Positions 23,201-38,200 of a stretch of 64,000 nucleotides of DNA are shown here, in pieces (position 1 is the stretch's first letter; each line of letters begins with the position of its first letter). This stretch comes from Eledone cirrhosa. Its lineage: Eukaryota. The translations under genes and the position numbers were made by a program. The notes beneath the pieces are model-generated. The model had not been told where the DNA came from, ran no database searches, and saw only the letters and a list, made by a program, of their open reading frames with translations. Location: assembly GCA_964016885.1 (NCBI GenBank), contig OZ024741.1, positions 369,272,001-369,336,000 on the forward strand, in the 5' to 3' direction.

Positions 23201-26200
23201 TTCCTGAGATATTCTAACAACATGTCTGTAGTATCAGAGCTGTGATCTCTAAATTCAGAGATTCTTTCCTGAGCCATTCTAACCACATATCCATAGTATC
23301 AGAGCTGTGATCTCTCAATTCAGAGATTCTTTCCTGAGACATTCTAACCACATGTCATAATATCAGTGCTGTGATCTCTCAATTCATAGATTCTTTCCTG
23401 AGACATTCTAACCAGATGTCATAATATCAGAGCTGTGATCTCTCAATTCATAGATTCTTTACTGATACATTCTAACCACATGTCTGTAGTTTCAGAACTG
23501 TGATCTCACAATTCAGAGATTCTTTCCTGAGACATTCTAACCACATGTCTGTAGTTTCAGAGCCGTGATCTCACAATTCAGAGATTCTTTCCTGAGACAT
23601 TTGAACTTATTGTCCATAGTATCAGAGCTGTGATCTCACAATTCAGAGATTCTTTCCTGAGACATTCTAACTCCATGTCCATAGTATCAGAGCTGTGATT
23701 TCTCAATTCAGAGATTAATGCCTGAGACATTCTAACCACATATCCATAGTATCAGAGCTGTGATCTCTCAATTCAGAGATTCTTTCCTGAGACGTTCTAA
23801 CGAAATGTCTGTAGTTTCAGAGCTGTGATCTCTCAATTCAGAGATTCTTTCCTGCGACATTGTAACCACATGTCATAATATCAGAGCTGTGATCTCTCAA
23901 TTCAGAGATTCTTTGCTGAGACATTCTAACCACATGGCTGTAGTATCAGAGCTGTGATCTCTCAATTCAAAGATTCTTTCCTGAGCCATTCTAACCACAT
24001 ATCCATAGTATCAGAGCTGTGATCTCTCAATTCAGAGATTCTTTCCTGAGACATTCTAACCCAATATCCATAGTATCAGAGCTGTGTTCTCTCAATCCAG
24101 TGATTCTTCACCGAGCCATTCTAACCACATATCCATAGTATCAGAGCTGTGATCTCTCAATTCAGAGATTCTTTCCTGAGACATTCTAACCACATGTCTG
24201 TAGTTTCAGAGCTGTCATCTCACAATTCAGAGATTCTTTCCTGAGACATTCTAATTACATATCCATAGTATCACAACTGTGATTTCTCAATTCAGAGATT
24301 CTTTCCTGAGACATTCTAACCACATGTCTGTAGTTTCAGAGCTGTGATCTCACAATTCAGAGATTCTTTCCTGAGACATTCTAATTACATATCCATAGTA
24401 TCAGAACTGTGATTTCTCAATTCAGAGATTCTTTCCTGAGACATTTGAACTACATGACCATGGAGCTGTGATCTCTCAATTCAGAGATTCTTTCCTGAGC
24501 CATTCTAACCACATATCCATAGTATCAGAGCTGTGATCTCTCAATTCAATGATTCTTTCCTGAGACATTGTAACCACACGTCATAATATCAGAGCTGTGA
24601 TCTCTCAATTCAGAGATTCTTTCCTGAGACATTCTAACCACATGTCTGTAGTTTCAGAGCTGTGATCTCTCAATTCAGAGATTCTTTCCTGAGACATTCT
24701 AACTCCATGTCCATAGTATCAGAGCTGTGATTTCTCAATTCAGAGATTATTGCCTTGGACATTCTAACCACATATCCATAGTATCAGAGCTGTGATCTCT
24801 CAATTCAGAGATTCTTTGCTGAGACATTCTAACCACATGGCTGTAGTATCAGAGCTGTGATCTCTCAATTCAAAGATTCTTTCCTGAGCCATTCTAACCA
24901 CATATCCATAGTATCAGAGCTGTGATTTCTCAATTCAGAAATTATTGCCTTGGACATTCTAACCACATATCCATAGTATCAGAGCTGTGATCTCTCAATT
25001 CAGAGATTATTTCCTGAGACGTTCTAACCACATGTCTGTAGTTTCAGAGCTGTGATCTCTCAATTCAGAGATTTTTTCCTGCGACATTGTAACCACATGT
25101 CATAATATCAGAGCTGTGATCTCTCAATTCAGAGATTCTTTGCTGAGACATTCTAACCACATATCATAAATTATCAGAGCTGTGATCTCTCAATTCAGAG
25201 ATTCTTTCCTGAGACATTCTAATCCCATATCCATAGTATCAGAGCTGTGTTCTCTCAATCCAGTGATTCTTTCCCGAGCCATTCTAACCACATATCCATA
25301 GTATCAGAGCTGTGATCTCTCAATTCAGAGATTCTTTCCTGAGACATTGTAACCACATGTCATAATACCAGAGCTAGGAACCCTCAATTCAGAGATTCTT
25401 TCCTTAGACATTCTAACGCCATGTCCATTGTATCAGAGCTGTGATCTCTCAATCCAGTGATTCTTTCCTGAGGCATTCTAACCAGATGTCATAACATCAG
25501 AGCTGTGATATCTCAATTCTTCAGAGATTCTTTCCTGAGACATTCTACTTACATGCCCATAGTATCGGAGCTGTGATCACTCAATTCAGTGATTCTTTCC
25601 TGAGACATTCTAACCACATGTCTGTAGTTTCAGAGCTGTGATCTCACAATTCAGAGATTCTTTCCTGAGACATTCTAATTACATGTCCATAGTATCAGAG
25701 CTATGATTTCTCAATTCAGAGATTCTTTCCTGAGACATTTGAACTACATGTCCATGGAGCTGTGATCTCTCAATTCAGAGATTCTTCCCTGAGACATTCT
25801 AACCACATGTCATAATATCAGAGCTGTGATCTCTATATTTAGAGATTCTTTCCTGAGATATTCTAACTACATGTCACAGTATCAGAGCTGTGATCTCTAT
25901 ATTTAGAGATTCTTTCCTGAGACATTCTAACCTCATATCCATTGTATCAGAGCTGCGTTCTCTCAATCCAGTGATTCTTTCCCGAGCCATTCTAACCACA
26001 TATCCATAGTATCAGGGCTGTGATCTCTCAATTCAGACATTCTTTCCTAAGACATTCTAACCACATGTCTGTAGTATCAGAGCTGTGAACCCTCAATTCA
26101 GAGATTCTTTCCTGAAATATTCTAACCACATGTCTGTAGTATCAGAGCTGTGATCTCACAATTCAGAGATTCTTTCCTGAGATATTCTAACAACATGTCT

Positions 26201-29200
26201 GTAGTATCAGAGCTGTGATCTCTAAATTCAGAGATTCTTTCCTGAGCCATTCTAACCACATATCCATAGTATCAGAGCTGTGATCTCTCAATTCATAGAT
26301 TCTTTCCTGAGACATTCTAACCACATGTCATAATATCAGAGCTGTGATCTCTCAATTCATAGATTCTTTACTGATACATTCTAACCACATGTCTGTAGTT
26401 TCAGAACTGTGATCTCACAATTCAGAGAATCTTTTCTGAGACATTCTAACCACATGTCTGTAGTTTCAGAGCCGTGATCTCACAATTCAGAGATTCTTTC
26501 CTGAGACATTCTAACTCCATGTCCATAGTATCAGAGCTGTGATTTCTCAATTCAGAGATTAATGCCTGAGACATTCTAACCACATATCCATAGTATCAGA
26601 GCTGTGATCTCTCAATTCAGAGATTCTTTCCTGAGACGTTCTAACGACATGTCTGTAGTTTCAGAGCTGTGATCTCTCAATTCAGAGATTCTTTCCTGCG
26701 ACATTGTAACCACATGTCATAATATCAGAGCTGTGATCTCTCAATTCAGAGATTCTTTGCTGAGACATTCTAACCACATGGCTGTAGTATCAGAGCTGTG
26801 ATCTCTCAATTCAAAGATTCTTTCCTGAGCCATTCTAACCACATATCCATAGTATCAGAGCTGTGATCTCTCAATTCAGAGATTCTTTCCTGAGACATTC
26901 TAACCACATGTCTGTAGTTTCAGAGCTGTCATCTCACAATTCAGAGATTCTTTCCTGAGACATTCTAATTACATATCCATAGTATCAGAACTGTGATTTC
27001 TCAATTCAGAGATTCTTTCCTGAGACATTCTAACCACATGTCTGTAGTTTCAGAGCTGTGATCTCACAATTCAGAGATTCTTTCCTGAGACATTCTAATT
27101 ACATATCCATAGTATCAGAACTGTGATTTCTCAATTCAGAGATTCTTTCCTGAGACATTTGAACTACATGACCATGGAGCTGTGATCTCTCAATTCAGAG
27201 ATTCTTTCCTGAGCCATTCTAACCACATATCCATAGTATCAGAGCTGTGATCTCTCAATTCAATGATTCTTTCCTGAGACATTGTAACCACACGTCATAA
27301 TATCAGAGCTGTGATCTCTCAATTCAGAGATTCTTTCCTGAGACATTCTAACCACATGTCTGTAGTTTCAGAGCTGTGATCTCTCAATTCAGAGATTCTT
27401 TCCTGAGACATTCTAACTCCATGTCCATAGTATCAGAGCTGTGATTTCTCAATTCAGAGATTATTGCCTTGGACATTCTAACCACATATCCATAGTATCA
27501 GAGCTGTGATCTCTAAATTCAGAGATTCTTTCCTGAGACGTTCTAACCACATGTCTGTAGTTTCAGAGCTGTGATCTCTCAATTCAGAGATTTTTTCCTG
27601 CGACATTGTAACCACATGTCATAATATCAGAGCTGTGATCTCTCAATTCAGAGATTCTTTGCTGAGACATTCTAACCACATATCATAAATTATCTGAGCT
27701 GTGATCTCTCAATTCAGAGATTCTTTCCTGAGACATTGTAACCACATGTCATAATACCAGAGCTAGGAACTCTCAATTCAGAGATTCTTTCCTTAGACAT
27801 TCTAACCCCATGTCCATTGTATCAGAGCTGTGATCTCTTAATCCAGTGATTCTTTCCTGAGGCATTCTAACCACATGTCATAACATCAGAGCTGTGATCT
27901 CTCAATTCTTCAGAGATTCTTTCCTGAGACATTCTACTTACATGCCCATTTTATCGGAGCTGTGATCACTCAAATCAGTGATTCTTTCCTGAGACATTCT
28001 AACCACATGTCTGTAGTTTCAGAGCTGTGATCTCACAATTCAGAGATTCTTTCCTGAGACATTCTAATTACATGTCCATAGTATCAGAGCTATGATTTCT
28101 CAATTCAGAGATTCTTTCCTGAGACATTTGAACTACATGTCCATGGAGCTGTGATCTCTCAATTCAGAGATTCTTCCCTGAGACATTCTAATCACATGTC
28201 ATAATATCAGAGCTGTGATCTGTCAATTCAGAGATTATTGCCTGAGACATTCTAATCCCATGTCCATAGAATCACAGCTGTGATCTCTCAATCTAGTGAT
28301 TCTTTCCTGAGACATTCTAAATCCATGTCCAAAGTATTGGAGCTGTGATCTCTCAGTTCAGAGATTCTTTCCTGAGACATTCTAACTACATGTCATAGTA
28401 TCAGAGCTGTGATCTCTATATTTAGAGATTCTTTCCTGAGATATTCTAACTACATGTCACAGTATCAGAGCCGTGATCTCTATATTTAGAGATTCTTTCC
28501 TGAGATATTCTAACCACATGTCATAGTATCAAAGCTGTGATCTCTCAATTCAGAGATTCTTTCCTGAGACATTCTAACCCCATATCCATAGTATCAGAGC
28601 TGCGTTCTCTCAATCCAGTGATTCTTTCCCGAGCCATTCTAACCACATATCCATAGTATCAGGGCTATGATCTCTCAATTCAGACATTCTTTCCTGAGAC
28701 ATTCTAACCACATGTCTGTAGTATCAGAGCTGTGAACCGTCAATTCAGAGATTCTTTCCTGAAATATTCTAACCACATGTCTGTAGTATCAGAGCTGTGA
28801 TCTCACAATTCAGAGATTCTTTCCTGAGATATTCTAACAACATGTCTGTAGTATCAGAGCTGTGATCTCTAAATTCAGAGATTCTTTCCTGAGCCATTCT
28901 AACCACATATCCATAGTATCAGAGCTGTGATCTCTCAATTCAGAGATTCTTTCCTGAGACATTCTAACCACATGTCATAATATCAGTGCTGTGATCTCTC
29001 AATTCATAGATTCTTTCCTGAGACATTCTAACCAGATGTCATAATATCAGAGCTGTGATCTCTCAATTCATAGATTCTTTACTGATACATTCTAACCACA
29101 TGTCTGTAGTTTCAGAACTGTGATCTCACAATTCAGAGATTCTTTCCTGAGACATTCTAACCACATGTCTGTAGTTTCAGAGCCGTGATCTCACAATTCA

Positions 29201-32200
29201 GAGATTCTTTCCTGAGACATTTGAACTTATTGTCCATAGTATCAGAGCTGTGATCTCACAATTCAGAGATTCTTTCCTGAGACATTCTAACTCCATGTCC
29301 ATAGTATCAGAGCTGTGATTTCTCAATTCAGAGATTAATGCCTGAGACATTCTAACCACATATCCATAGTATCAGAGCTGTGATCTCTCAATTCAGAGAT
29401 TCTTTCCTGAGACGTTCTAACGACATGTCTGTAGTTTCAGAGCTGTGATCTCTCAATTCAGAGATTCTTTCCTGCGACATTGTAACCACATGTCATAATA
29501 TCAGAGCTGTGATCTCTCAATTCAGAGATTCTTTGCTGAGACATTCTAACCACATGGCTGTAGTATCAGAGCTGTGATCTCTCAATTCAAAGATTCTTTC
29601 CTGAGCCATTCTAACCACATATCCATAGTATCAGAGCTGTGATCTCTCAATTCAGAGATTCTTTCCTGAGACATTCTAACCCAATATCCATAGTATCAGA
29701 GCTGTGTTCTCTCAATCCAGTGATTCTTCACCGAGCTATTCTAACCATATATCCATAGTATCAGAGCTGTGATCTCTCAATTCAGAGATTCTTTCCTGAG
29801 AAATTCTAATTACATATCCATAGTATCAGAACTGTGATTTCTCAATTCAGAGATTCTTTCCTGAGACATTCTAACCACATGTCTGTAGTTTCAGAGCTGT
29901 GATCTCACAATTCAGAGATTCTTTCCTGAGACATTCTAACCACATATCCATAGTATCAGAGCTGTGATCTCTCAATTCAGAGATTCTTTCCTGAGCCATT
30001 CTAACCACATATCCATAGTATCAGAGCTGTGATCTCTCAATTCAGAGATTCTTTCCTGAGACATTGTAACCACATGTCATAATACCAGAGCTAGGAACCC
30101 TCAATTCAGAGATTCTTTCCTTAGACATTCTAACGCCATGTCCATTGTATCAGAGCTGTGATCTCTCAATCCAGTGATTCTTTCCTGAGGCATTCTAACC
30201 AGATGTCATAACATCAGAGCTGTGATATCTCAATTCTTCAGAGATTCTTTCCTGAGACATTCTACTTACATGCCCATAGTATCGGAGCTGTGATCACTCA
30301 ATTCAGTGATTCTTTCCTGAGACATTCTAACCACATGTCTGTAGTTTCAGAGCTGTGATCTCACAATTCAGAGATTCTTTCCTGAGACATTCTAATTACA
30401 TGTCCATAGTATCAGAGCTATGATTTCTCAATTCAGAGATTCTTTCCTGAGACATTTGAACTACATGTTCATGGAGCTGTGATCTCTCAATTCAGAGATT
30501 CTTCCCTGAGACATTCTAACCACATGTCATAATATCAGAGCTGTGATCTCTATATTTAGAGATTCTTTCCTGAGATATTCTAACTACATGTCACAGTATC
30601 AGAGCTGTGATCTCTATATTTAGAGATTCTTTCCTGAGACATTCTAACCTCATATCCATAGTATCAGAGCTGCGTTCTCTCAATCCAGTGATTCTCTCCC
30701 GAGCCATTCTAACCACATATCCATAGTATCAGGGCTGTGATCTCTCAATTCAGACATTCTTTCCTGAGACATTCTAACCACATGTGTGTAGTATCAGAGC
30801 TGTGAACCCTCAATTCAGAGATTCTTTCCTAAAATATTCTAACCACATGTCTGTAGTATCAGAGCTGTGATCTCACAATTCAGAGATTCTTTCCTGAGAT
30901 ATTCTAACAACATGTCTGTAGTATCAGAGCTGTGATCTCTAAATTCAGAGATTCTTTCCTGAGCCATTCTAACCACATATCCATAGTATCAGAGCTGTGA
31001 TCTCTCAATTCAGAGATTCTTTCCTGAGACATTCTAACCACATGTCATAATATCAGAGCTGTGATCTCTCAATTCATAGATTCTTTCCTGAGACATTCTA
31101 ACCACATGTCATAATATCAGAGCTGTGATCTCTCAATTCATAGATTCTTTACTGATACATTCTAACCACATGTCTGTAGTTTCAGAACTGTGATCTCACA
31201 ATTCAGAGAATCTTTTCTGAGACATTCTAACCACATGTCTGTAGTTTCAGAGCCGTGATCTCACAATTCAGAGATTCTTTCCTGAGACATTTGAACTTAT
31301 TGTCCATAGTATCAGAGCTGTGATCTCACAATTCAGAGATTCTTTCCTGAGACATTCTAACTCCATGTCCATAGTATCAGAGCTGTGATTTCTCAATTCA
31401 GAGATTAATGCCTGAGACATTCTAACCACATATCCATAGTATCAGAGCTGTGATCTCTCAATTCAGAGATTCTTTCCTGAGACGTTCTAACGACATGTCT
31501 GTAGTTTCAGAGCTGTGATCTCTCAATTCAGAGATTCTTTCCTGCGACATTGTAACCACATGTCATAATATCAGAGCTGTGATCTCTCAATTCAGAGATT
31601 CTTTGCTGAGACATTCTAACCACATGGCTGTAGTATCAGAGCTGTGATCTCTCAATTCAAAGATTCTTTCCTGAGCCATTCTAACCACATATCCATAGTA
31701 TCAGAGCTGTGATCTCTCAATTCAGAGATTCTTTCCTGAGACATTCTAACCCAATATCCATAGTATCAGAGCTGTGTTCTCTCAATCCAGTGATTCTTCA
31801 CCGAGCCATTCTAACCACATATCCATAGTATCAGAGCTGTGATCTCTCAATTCAGAGATTCTTTCCTGAGACATTCTAACCACATGTCTGTAGTTTCAGA
31901 GCTGTCATCTCACAATTCAGAGATTCTTTCCTGAGACATTCTAATTACATATCCATAGTATCAGAACTGTGATTTCTCAATTCAGAGATTCTTTCCTGAG
32001 ACATTCTAACCACATGTCTGTAGTTTCAGAGCTGTGATCTCACAATTCAGAGATTCTTTCCTGAGACATTCTAATTACATATCCATAGTATCAGAACTGT
32101 GATTTCTCAATTCAGAGATTCTTTCCTGAGACATTTGAACTACATGACCATGGAGCTGTGATCTCTCAATTCAGAGATTCTTTCCAGAGCCATTCTAACC

Positions 32201-35200
32201 ACATATCCATAGTATCAGAGCTGTGATCTCTCAATTCAATGATTCTTTCCTGAGACATTGTAACCACACGTCATAATATCAGAGCTGTGATCTCTCAATT
32301 CAGAGATTCTTTCCTGAGACATTCTAACCACATGTCTGTAGTTTCAGAGCTGTTATCTCTCAATTCAAAGATTCTTTCCTGAGCCATTCTAACAACATAT
32401 CCATAGTATCAGAGCTGTGATTTCTCAATTCAGAGATTATTGCCTTGGACATTCTAACCACATATCCATAGTATCAGAGCTGTGATCTCTCAATTCAGAG
32501 ATTCTTTCCTGAGACGTTCTAACCACATGTCTGTAGTTTCAGAGCTGTGATCTCTCAATTCAGAGATTTTTTCCTGCGACATTGTAACCACATGTCATAA
32601 TATCAGAGCTGTGATCTCTCAATTCAGAGATTCTTTGCTGAGACATTCTAACCACATATCATAAATTATCAGAGCTGTGATCTCTCAATTCAGAGATTCT
32701 TTCCTGAGCCATTCTAACCACATATCCATAGTATCAGAGCTGTGATCTCTCAATTCAGAGATTCTTTCCTGAGACATTGTAACCACATGTCATAATACCA
32801 GAGCTAGGAACCCTCAATTCAGAGATTCTTTCCTTAGACATTCTAACGCCATGTCCATTGTATCAGAGCTGTGATCTCTCAATCCAGTGATTCTTTCCTG
32901 AGGCATTCTAACCAGATGTCATAACATCAGAGCTGTGATATCTCAATTCTTCAGAGATTCTTTCCTGAGACATTCTACTTACATGCCCAGAGTATCGGAG
33001 CTGTGATCACTCAATTCAGTGATTCTTTCCTGAGACATTCTAACCACATGTCTGTAGTTTCAGAGCTGTGATCTCACAATTCAGAGATTCTTTCCTGAGA
33101 CATTCTAATTACATGTCCATAGTATCAGAGCTATGATTTCTCAATTCAGAGATTCTTTCCTGAGACATTTGAACTACATGTCCATGGAGCTGTGATCTCT
33201 CAATTCAGAGATTCTTCCCTGAGACATTCTAACCACATGTCATAATATCAGAGCTGTGATCTCTATATTTAGAGATTCTTTCCTGAGATATTCTAACTAC
33301 ATGTCACAGTATCAGAGCTGTGATCTCTATATTTAGAGATTCTTTCCTGAGACATTCTAACCTCATATCCATAGTATCAGAGCTGCGTTCTCTCAATCCA
33401 GTGATTCTTTCCCGAGCCATTCTAACCACATATCCATAGTATCAGGGCTGTGATCTCTCAATTCAGACATTCTTTCCTGAGACATTCTAACCACATGTCT
33501 GTAGTATCAGAGCTGTGAACCCTCAATTCAGAGATTCTTTCCTGAAATATTCTAACCACATGTCTGTAGTATCAGAGCTGTGATCTCACAATTCAGAGAT
33601 TCTTTCCTGAGATATTCTAACAACATGTCTGTAGTATCAGAGCTGTGATCTCTAAATTCAGAGATTCTTTCCTGAGCCATTCTAACCACATATCCATAGT
33701 ATCAGAGCTGTGATCTCTCAATTCAGAGATTCTTTCCTGAGACATTCTAACCACATGTCATAATATCAGAGCTGTGATCTCTCAATTCATAGATTCTTTA
33801 CTGATACATTCTAACCACATGTCTGTAGTTTCAGAACTGTGATCTCACAATTCAGAGAATCTTTTCTGCGACATTCTAACCACATCTCTGTAGTTTCAGA
33901 GCCGTGATCTCACAATTCAGAGATTCTTTCCTGAGACATTTGAACTTATTGTCCATAGTATCAGAGCTGTGATCTCACAATTCAGAGATTCTTTCCTGAG
34001 ACATTCTAACTCCATGTCCATAGTATCAGAGCTGTGATTTCTCAATTCAGAGATTAATGCCTGAGACGTTCTAACCACATATCCATAGTATCAGAGCTGT
34101 GATCTCTCAATTCAGAGATTCTTTCCTGAGACGTTCTAACGACATGTCTGTAGTTTCAGAGCTGTGATCTCTCAATTCAGAGATTCTTTCCTGCGACATT
34201 GTAACCACATGTCATAATATCAGAGCTGTGATCTCTCAATTCAGAGATTCTTTCCTGAGACATTCTAACCACATGGCTGTAGTATCAGAGCTGTGATCTC
34301 TCAATTCAAAGATTCTTTCCTGAGCCATTCTAACCACATATCCATAGTATCAGAGCTGTGATCTCTCAATTCAGAGATTCTTTCCTGAGACATTCTAACC
34401 ACATGTCTGTAGTTTCAGAGCTGTCATCTCACAATTCAGAGATTCTTTCCTGAGACATTCTAATTACATATCCATAGTATCAGAACTGTGATTTCTCAAT
34501 CCAGAGATTCTTTCCTGAGACATTCTAACCACATGTCTGTAGTTTCAGAGCTGTGATCTCACAATTCAGAGATTCTTTCCTGAGACATTCTAATTACATA
34601 TCCATAGTATCAGAACTGTGATTTCTCAATTCAGAGATTCTTTCCTGAGACATTTGAACTACATGACCATGGAGCTGTGATCTCTCAATTCAGAGATTCT
34701 TTCCTGAGCCATTCTAACCACATATCCATAGTATCAGAGCTGTGATCTCTCAATTCAATGATTCTTTCCTGAGACATTGTAACCACACGTCATAATATCA
34801 GAGCTGTGATCTCTCAATTCAGAGATTCTTTCCTGAGACATTCTAACCATATGTCTGTAGTTTCAGAGCTGTGATCTCTCAATTCAGAGATTCTTTCCTG
34901 AGACATTCTAACTCCATGTCCATAGTATCAGAGCTGTGATTTCTCAATTCAGAGATTATTGCCTTGGACATTCTAACCACATATCCATAGTATCAGAGCT
35001 GTGATCTCTAAATTCAGAGATTCTTTCCTGAGACGTTCTAACCACATGTCTGTAGTTTCAGAGCTGTGATCTCTCAATTCAGAGATTTTTTCCTGCGACA
35101 TTGTAACCACATGTCATAATATCAGAGCTGTGATCTCTCAATTCAGAGATTCTTTGCTGAGACATTCTAACCACATATCATAAATTATCTGAGCTGTGAT

Positions 35201-38200
35201 CTCTCAATTCAGAGATTCTTTCCTGAGACATTCTAATCCCATATCCATAGTATCAGAGCTGTGTTCTCTCAATCCAGTGATTCTTTCCCGAGCCATTCTA
35301 ACCACATATCCATAGTATCAGAGCTGTGATCTCTCAATTCAGAGATTCTTTCCTGAGCCATTCTAACCACATATCCATAGTATCAGAGCTGTGATCTCTC
35401 AATTCAGAGATTCTTTCCTGAGACATTGTAACCACATGTCATAATACCAGAGCTAGGAACCCTCAATTCAGAGATTCTTTCCTTAGACATTCTAACGCCA
35501 TGTCCATTGTATCAGAGCTGTGATCTCTCAATCCAGTGATTCTTTCCTGAGGCATTCTAACCAGATGTCATAACATCAGAGCTGTGATCTCTCAATTCTT
35601 CAGAGATTCTTTCCTGAGACATTCTACTTACATGCCCATAGTATCGGAGCTGTGATCACTCAATTCAGTGATTCTTTCCTGAGACATTCTAACCACATGT
35701 CTGTAGTTTCAGAGCTGTGATCTCACAATTCAGAGATTCTTTCCTGAGACATTCTAATTACATGTCCATAGTATCAGAGCTATGATTTCTCAATTCAGAG
35801 ATTCTTTCCTGAGACATTTGAACTACATGTCCATGGAGCCGTGATCTCTCAATTCAGAGATTCTTCCCTGAGACATTCTAACCACATGTCATAATATCAG
35901 AGCTGTGATCTGTCAATTCAGAGATTATTGCCTGAGACATTCTAACCCCATGTCCATAGAATCACAGCTGTGATCTCTCAATCTAGTGATTCTTTCCTGA
36001 GACATTCTAACTCCATGTCCAAAGTATTGGAGCTGTGATCTCTCAATTCAGAGATTCTTTCCTGAGACATTCTAACCACATGTCTGTAGTTTCAGAGCTG
36101 TCATCTCACAATTCAGAGATTCTTTCCTGAGACATTCTAATTACATATCCATAGTATCAGAACTGTGATTTCTCAATCCAGAGATTCTTTCCTGAGACAT
36201 TCTAACCACATGTCTGTAGTTTCAGAGCTGTGATCTCACAATTCAGAGATTCTTTCCTGAGACATTCTAATTACATATCCATAGTATCAGAACTGTGATT
36301 TCTCAATTCAGAGATTCTTTCCTGAGACATTTGAACTACATGACCATGGAGCTGTGATCTCTCAATTCAGAGATTCTTTCCTGAGCCATTCTAACCACAT
36401 ATCCATAGTATCAGAGCTGTGATCTCTCAATTCAATGATTCTTTCCTGAGACATTGTAACCACACGTCATAATATCAGAGCTGTGATCTCTCAATTCAGA
36501 GATTCTTTCCTGAGACATTCTAACCATATGTCTGTAGTTTCAGAGCTGTGATCTCTCAATTCAGAGATTCTTTCCTGAGACATTCTAACTCCATGTCCAT
36601 AGTATCAGAGCTGTGATTTCTCAATTCAGAGATTATTGCCTTGGACATTCTAACCACATATCCATAGTATCAGAGCTGTGATCTCTAAATTCAGAGATTC
36701 TTTCCTGAGACGTTCTAACCACATGTCTGTAGTTTCAGAGCTGTGATCTCTCAATTCAGAGATTTTTTCCTGCGACATTGTAACCACATGTCATAATATC
36801 AGAGCTGTGATCTCTCAATTCAGAGATTCTTTGCTGAGACATTCTAACCACATATCATAAATTATCTGAGCTGTGATCTCTCAATTCAGAGATTCTTTCC
36901 TGAGACATTCTAATCCCATATCCATAGTATCAGAGCTGTGTTCTCTCAATCCAGTGATTCTTTCCCGAGCCATTCTAACCACATATCCATAGTATCAGAG
37001 CTGTGATCTCTCAATTCAGAGATTCTTTCCTGAGCCATTCTAACCACATATCCATAGTATCAGAGCTGTGATCTCTCAATTCAGAGATTCTTTCCTGAGA
37101 CATTGTAACCACATGTCATAATACCAGAGCTAGGAACCCTCAATTCAGAGATTCTTTCCTTAGACATTCTAACGCCATGTCCATTGTATCAGAGCTGTGA
37201 TCTCTCAATCCAGTGATTCTTTCCTGAGGCATTCTAACCAGATGTCATAACATCAGAGCTGTGATCTCTCAATTCTTCAGAGATTCTTTCCTGAGACATT
37301 CTACTTACATGCCCATAGTATCGGAGCTGTGATCACTCAATTCAGTGATTCTTTCCTGAGACATTCTAACCACATGTCTGTAGTTTCAGAGCTGTGATCT
37401 CACAATTCAGAGATTCTTTCCTGAGACATTCTAATTACATGTCCATAGTATCAGAGCTATGATTTCTCAATTCAGAGATTCTTTCCTGAGACATTTGAAC
37501 TACATGTCCATGGAGCCGTGATCTCTCAATTCAGAGATTCTTCCCTGAGACATTCTAACCACATGTCATAATATCAGAGCTGTGATCTGTCAATTCAGAG
37601 ATTATTGCCTGAGACATTCTAACCCCATGTCCATAGAATCACAGCTGTGATCTCTCAATCTAGTGATTCTTTCCTGAGACATTCTAACTCCATGTCCAAA
37701 GTATTGGAGCTGTGATCTCTCAGTTCAGAGATTCTTTCCTGAGACATTCTAACTACATGCCATAGTATCAGAGCTGTGATCTCTATATTTAGAGATTCTT
37801 TCCTGAGATATTCTAACGACATGTCATAGTATCAGAGCAGTGATCTCTATATTTAGAGATTCTTTCCTGAGATATTCTAACCACATGTCATAGTATCAAA
37901 GCTGTGATCTCTCAATTCAGAGATTCTTTTCTGAGACATTCTAACCACATGTCATAATATCAGAGCTGTGATCTCTCAATTCAGAGATTCTTTCCTGAGA
38001 CATTCTAACTACATGTCTGTAGTTTCAGAGCTGTGATCTCACAATTCAGAGATTCTTTCCTGAGACATTCTAACTCCATGTCCATAGTATCAGAGCTGTG
38101 ATTTCTCAATTCAGAGATTATTGCCTGAGACATTCTAACCACATATCCATAGTATCAGAGCTGTGATCTCTCAATTCAGAGATTCTTTCCTGAGACGTTC

